From contig NC_087447.1 in NCBI RefSeq assembly GCF_036321535.1, positions 45,880,001 to 45,944,000 on the forward strand: 64,000 bases of DNA. Reading direction: 5' to 3'. The DNA is from Camelus dromedarius (Eukaryota). A program made the translations under genes and the position numbers. Shown piece after piece: positions 61,201 through 64,000 of this stretch (the first letter of the stretch is position 1; each line of letters begins with the position of its first letter). The notes beneath the pieces were generated by a model that saw only the letters and a program-made list of their open reading frames with translations, did no database searches and was not told where the DNA came from.

Positions 61201-64000
61201 TGGACTGAATGTTGAGTCAATAAGAAGTTTAATGGCTTTAAGATCAAACAGCTGAAAAATTAAAACTGTGATTTCAAGCAAATTGTATCAGATTTCACAC
61301 TCTACTCTTTCTGCTGAATTTTGTGCATCTTGGATCCGGAGAGGCAGACCCTTCATAAGGTAGAGTTCCAGCTAATAGGAACTTCTGTTTGTTAGAATAA
61401 TCTGGGAGTCTGCTGGGTGAGGTTATGCTAAAGGAGCATCAGATTCTATAGATATGAATGGGGCAAGTCCTGATGTCTTCAGGGGAGTCCTAGTCACCTG
61501 TCAAGCACTCAGATCAAACGTCTTGTGTATGCCTATTTTTGTCTCTAACAGCACTTCAGAGAGATGGGGGGGGGGGGTCCGTTAAACACTCTCACAGATT
61601 AGAAACTTGTTGAGGGCAAAGATTTTGTCTTTTAACTTATTACCTTTAATGGCCAGGGGTGCTTAAAGATAACTTCAATAAAATAAAAATAAAAGCTGAT
61701 CTATAGAAATATATATATGTGCACATATATCTCACATATAGGATCATGTAAAACTAAAACTATACAGAAAATCATACATTTCTAGATACAGTCACACACT
61801 CATATTAGAAAATATATGGAAAAACTTATTATGAAACATTAGCCCTTAACATTTATGGTATAGTTGGTCTCCTGTAAGTTGTAATATACACTTGGAAAGA
61901 AAATGGGTTTAAAATTAAAAATAGACAAACTTCTGCCATACATTCTCTATTATGCCTGAAAAAAAAATTAGAATTATTTATATTTGGCTTTTGTTTTCTG
62001 CTGTTAAAATGTAAATATGTCTATGAAGGAAAAGGCATAGGATCAAAAGGGGCATGAAGAGGTGGTGGAAAGGGTCTGTGGACATTTTGAGGACTGACTG
62101 CACAAAGGCACACACTGATGAGTAACCAATTATTTCTATAATTTTAAGAATTACTTTGTTGATGAAGAAAATATCATTACAGAAAAATACACTAAAACAA
62201 ATGAAAGAAATCATACTTTATATATTGGAATAAGAACCTAGGGAACCAAAGAAGTCCCCAAAATTCAAAGAACTCTGTCTTCTGGGTTCCTGACGGAGAG
62301 TCCAGGCAATACTTCGACCCATCCAAAACGGCAGTAGACTTCAACCCTATTCCAATACAAATCACAACACTATGTTAGCACTGAGATTGAAACTGGCTTT
62401 GGAGTCAGAAGACCTAGGCCAAAACTGGGCTGCAATCCTAAGACTTGTTTAGTGATATAACATAAGGTGAAAAATATATATATATATATATAGTGTTTAT
62501 GTGTGTGTGTGGTTTGGGAAAAGAAGCAGATCCTTTTGTCTTCAGTTTTGGCTGAGAGAATGCAAATAAATTCAAAACGAAGGAATATTTGAAATAAGTG
62601 TTGGTGGAAGAAAGGACAACTTGACAGATGAAGGAGTTTGGAATTCTTAGGGGAACTGGGATGAGATAGCCCAGGTGGCACCACATAACACACCTCAGGG
62701 GATTTCTCCAGGGGAATTGTGAGATTATGTGGAATCACGATGGCTCAGACGCCACCCGAGAGTTTGAGAAGTCTTCATAAATGCTCTGTTTTTCTAGTCT
62801 CAGGAAGGAAAGGAGCCAAATAAATTCCAAACTGGAGCACAGAGGTTGATATAGGTAATAAATTAATCTTAAAGTCTTTTTACATGCCCTCCATGTAGCA
62901 AGCTCTGTGAAGGGTTATTTATGTACTGTATTTCATTAAATCCTCATAAAACTTCTAGTGAGAGAAATGATACAGGCAGATGAGAAGAGTCTATAGTGTC
63001 ACGGGGTGGTGGGGAGGTACAGAAAAGATGGAAAAAAGTAAAATGTAGGTGTTGGTATTAGAGTATAAGAAGGCATATACTGCAGAGAAAGGTCTATTAT
63101 GTACAAAAATTGACATGAAGATTGGTTGGAAGAGTAAATGAGGTTTGAATTGGAGGCTAGAGGAGAGAGGGGACTGAAAATTCAGGGAGAATGGAAGAGA
63201 GATGGAGAATAGAGAGAGGAATGAGATTTCACACACAAAAAAGGAGAGGGTGGGTAAAAGATATTTGGATAAAGAAAAACAGTCAAAAGCAGGAAAAAGA
63301 AATGGAAAAATATAAGAATCAACTATTTCCATAGAACAACAATGCTTCAGCAGGCCCTGGGAACTTAATCAAAGACTATCAGAGATTTTGAAAGTCTTTC
63401 CAAGGAAAACATCCAGTGGGGATGAGCCAACTGATTCTCCCCAGGTGAAAGCTACTGAGAAGAGGGACCAGCAGGACCTACCAGCTGAAGGGCTCTCACT
63501 TATCGTGTAAAGTATAAAAAAGTCCCTTCCTCAAAGTACTCCAGAGAGTTAGACCGGCAGCACAAAGTACTTTGTTTAGATTTGAGCATCATGATTTATT
63601 TAGAAAGACATCTGGATTCTGTTTGCAATAAACAACACAACCTTTGTGAGTGGACTACACAATCTTTCAGATTCCTCTGTGTCTAACAGATCAGAATCTG
63701 CAAAATAACTTCTTTGTAGTGTTGTCTCCCAAACAGCAAATTCTCCTCTCACAGCAGAGAAACAGGAGGCAGAATGAGTCCTGGAAGCCCACCTGCTCTT
63801 GTGCACCTGACAGCACCCCACCCCCTCATCCCCTACACCACATGGACTCAGGCGCCCAGAACTGCTCTTGAGGTGCTTCTTTTTCCTTTCTTACAACAGG
63901 TACCTAGGTGAGAACAAAGACACCATAATACCTTTCAAGGATCCCTCGTTTAGGTGTTTTTTTTTTTTCTATGCCCTGTTAGAAAAAGAGATTTTTATCT

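Noticed and set aside
61566-61577. G12 run as a functional G-quadruplex
   Set aside because: Isolated homopolymer without supporting context; error-prone in assemblies
1-64000. A previously undescribed gene system
   Set aside because: Every long ORF is an OR, an L1 remnant or a shadow of an OR. I saw no novel protein family, CRISPR-like array or structured RNA gene

Overview
This is mammalian DNA, most likely from a camelid: it carries two copies of a tRNA-derived SINE matching my recollection of camelid Vic-1, plus young L1 3' ends. It is part of the class I olfactory receptor (OR51) cluster, apparently the reverse-orientation counterpart of human 11p15.4 (order T1-A7-G2-G1, from memory). 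It contains six full-length single-exon OR ORFs: OR51A-like (+), OR51G1 (+), OR51G2 (+), OR51A7 (-), OR51A-like (+) and OR51T1 (-). There is also one multiply disrupted OR51H-like pseudogene (-). Intergenic DNA is mostly interspersed repeats (L1, L2, MIR, MLT1, MER21, LTR33, MER3/5A/46, two ERV solo LTRs), microsatellites and three N-gaps. I found no evidence for a new biological system. The most interesting signals are: (i) all three OR51A ORFs are open but carry substitutions in the TM3 DRY motif, while G1, G2 and T1 do not; (ii) OR51T1 lacks both cysteines of one ECL2 disulfide; (iii) a deletion-then-duplication scar in the pseudogene; (iv) a young ERV LTR with 72-76 bp internal repeats upstream of OR51G2; (v) several homeodomain + O/E motif clusters and splice signals that suggest 5' non-coding exons. 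Gene symbols, repeat family names and all human comparisons come from memory and were not checked by any search.
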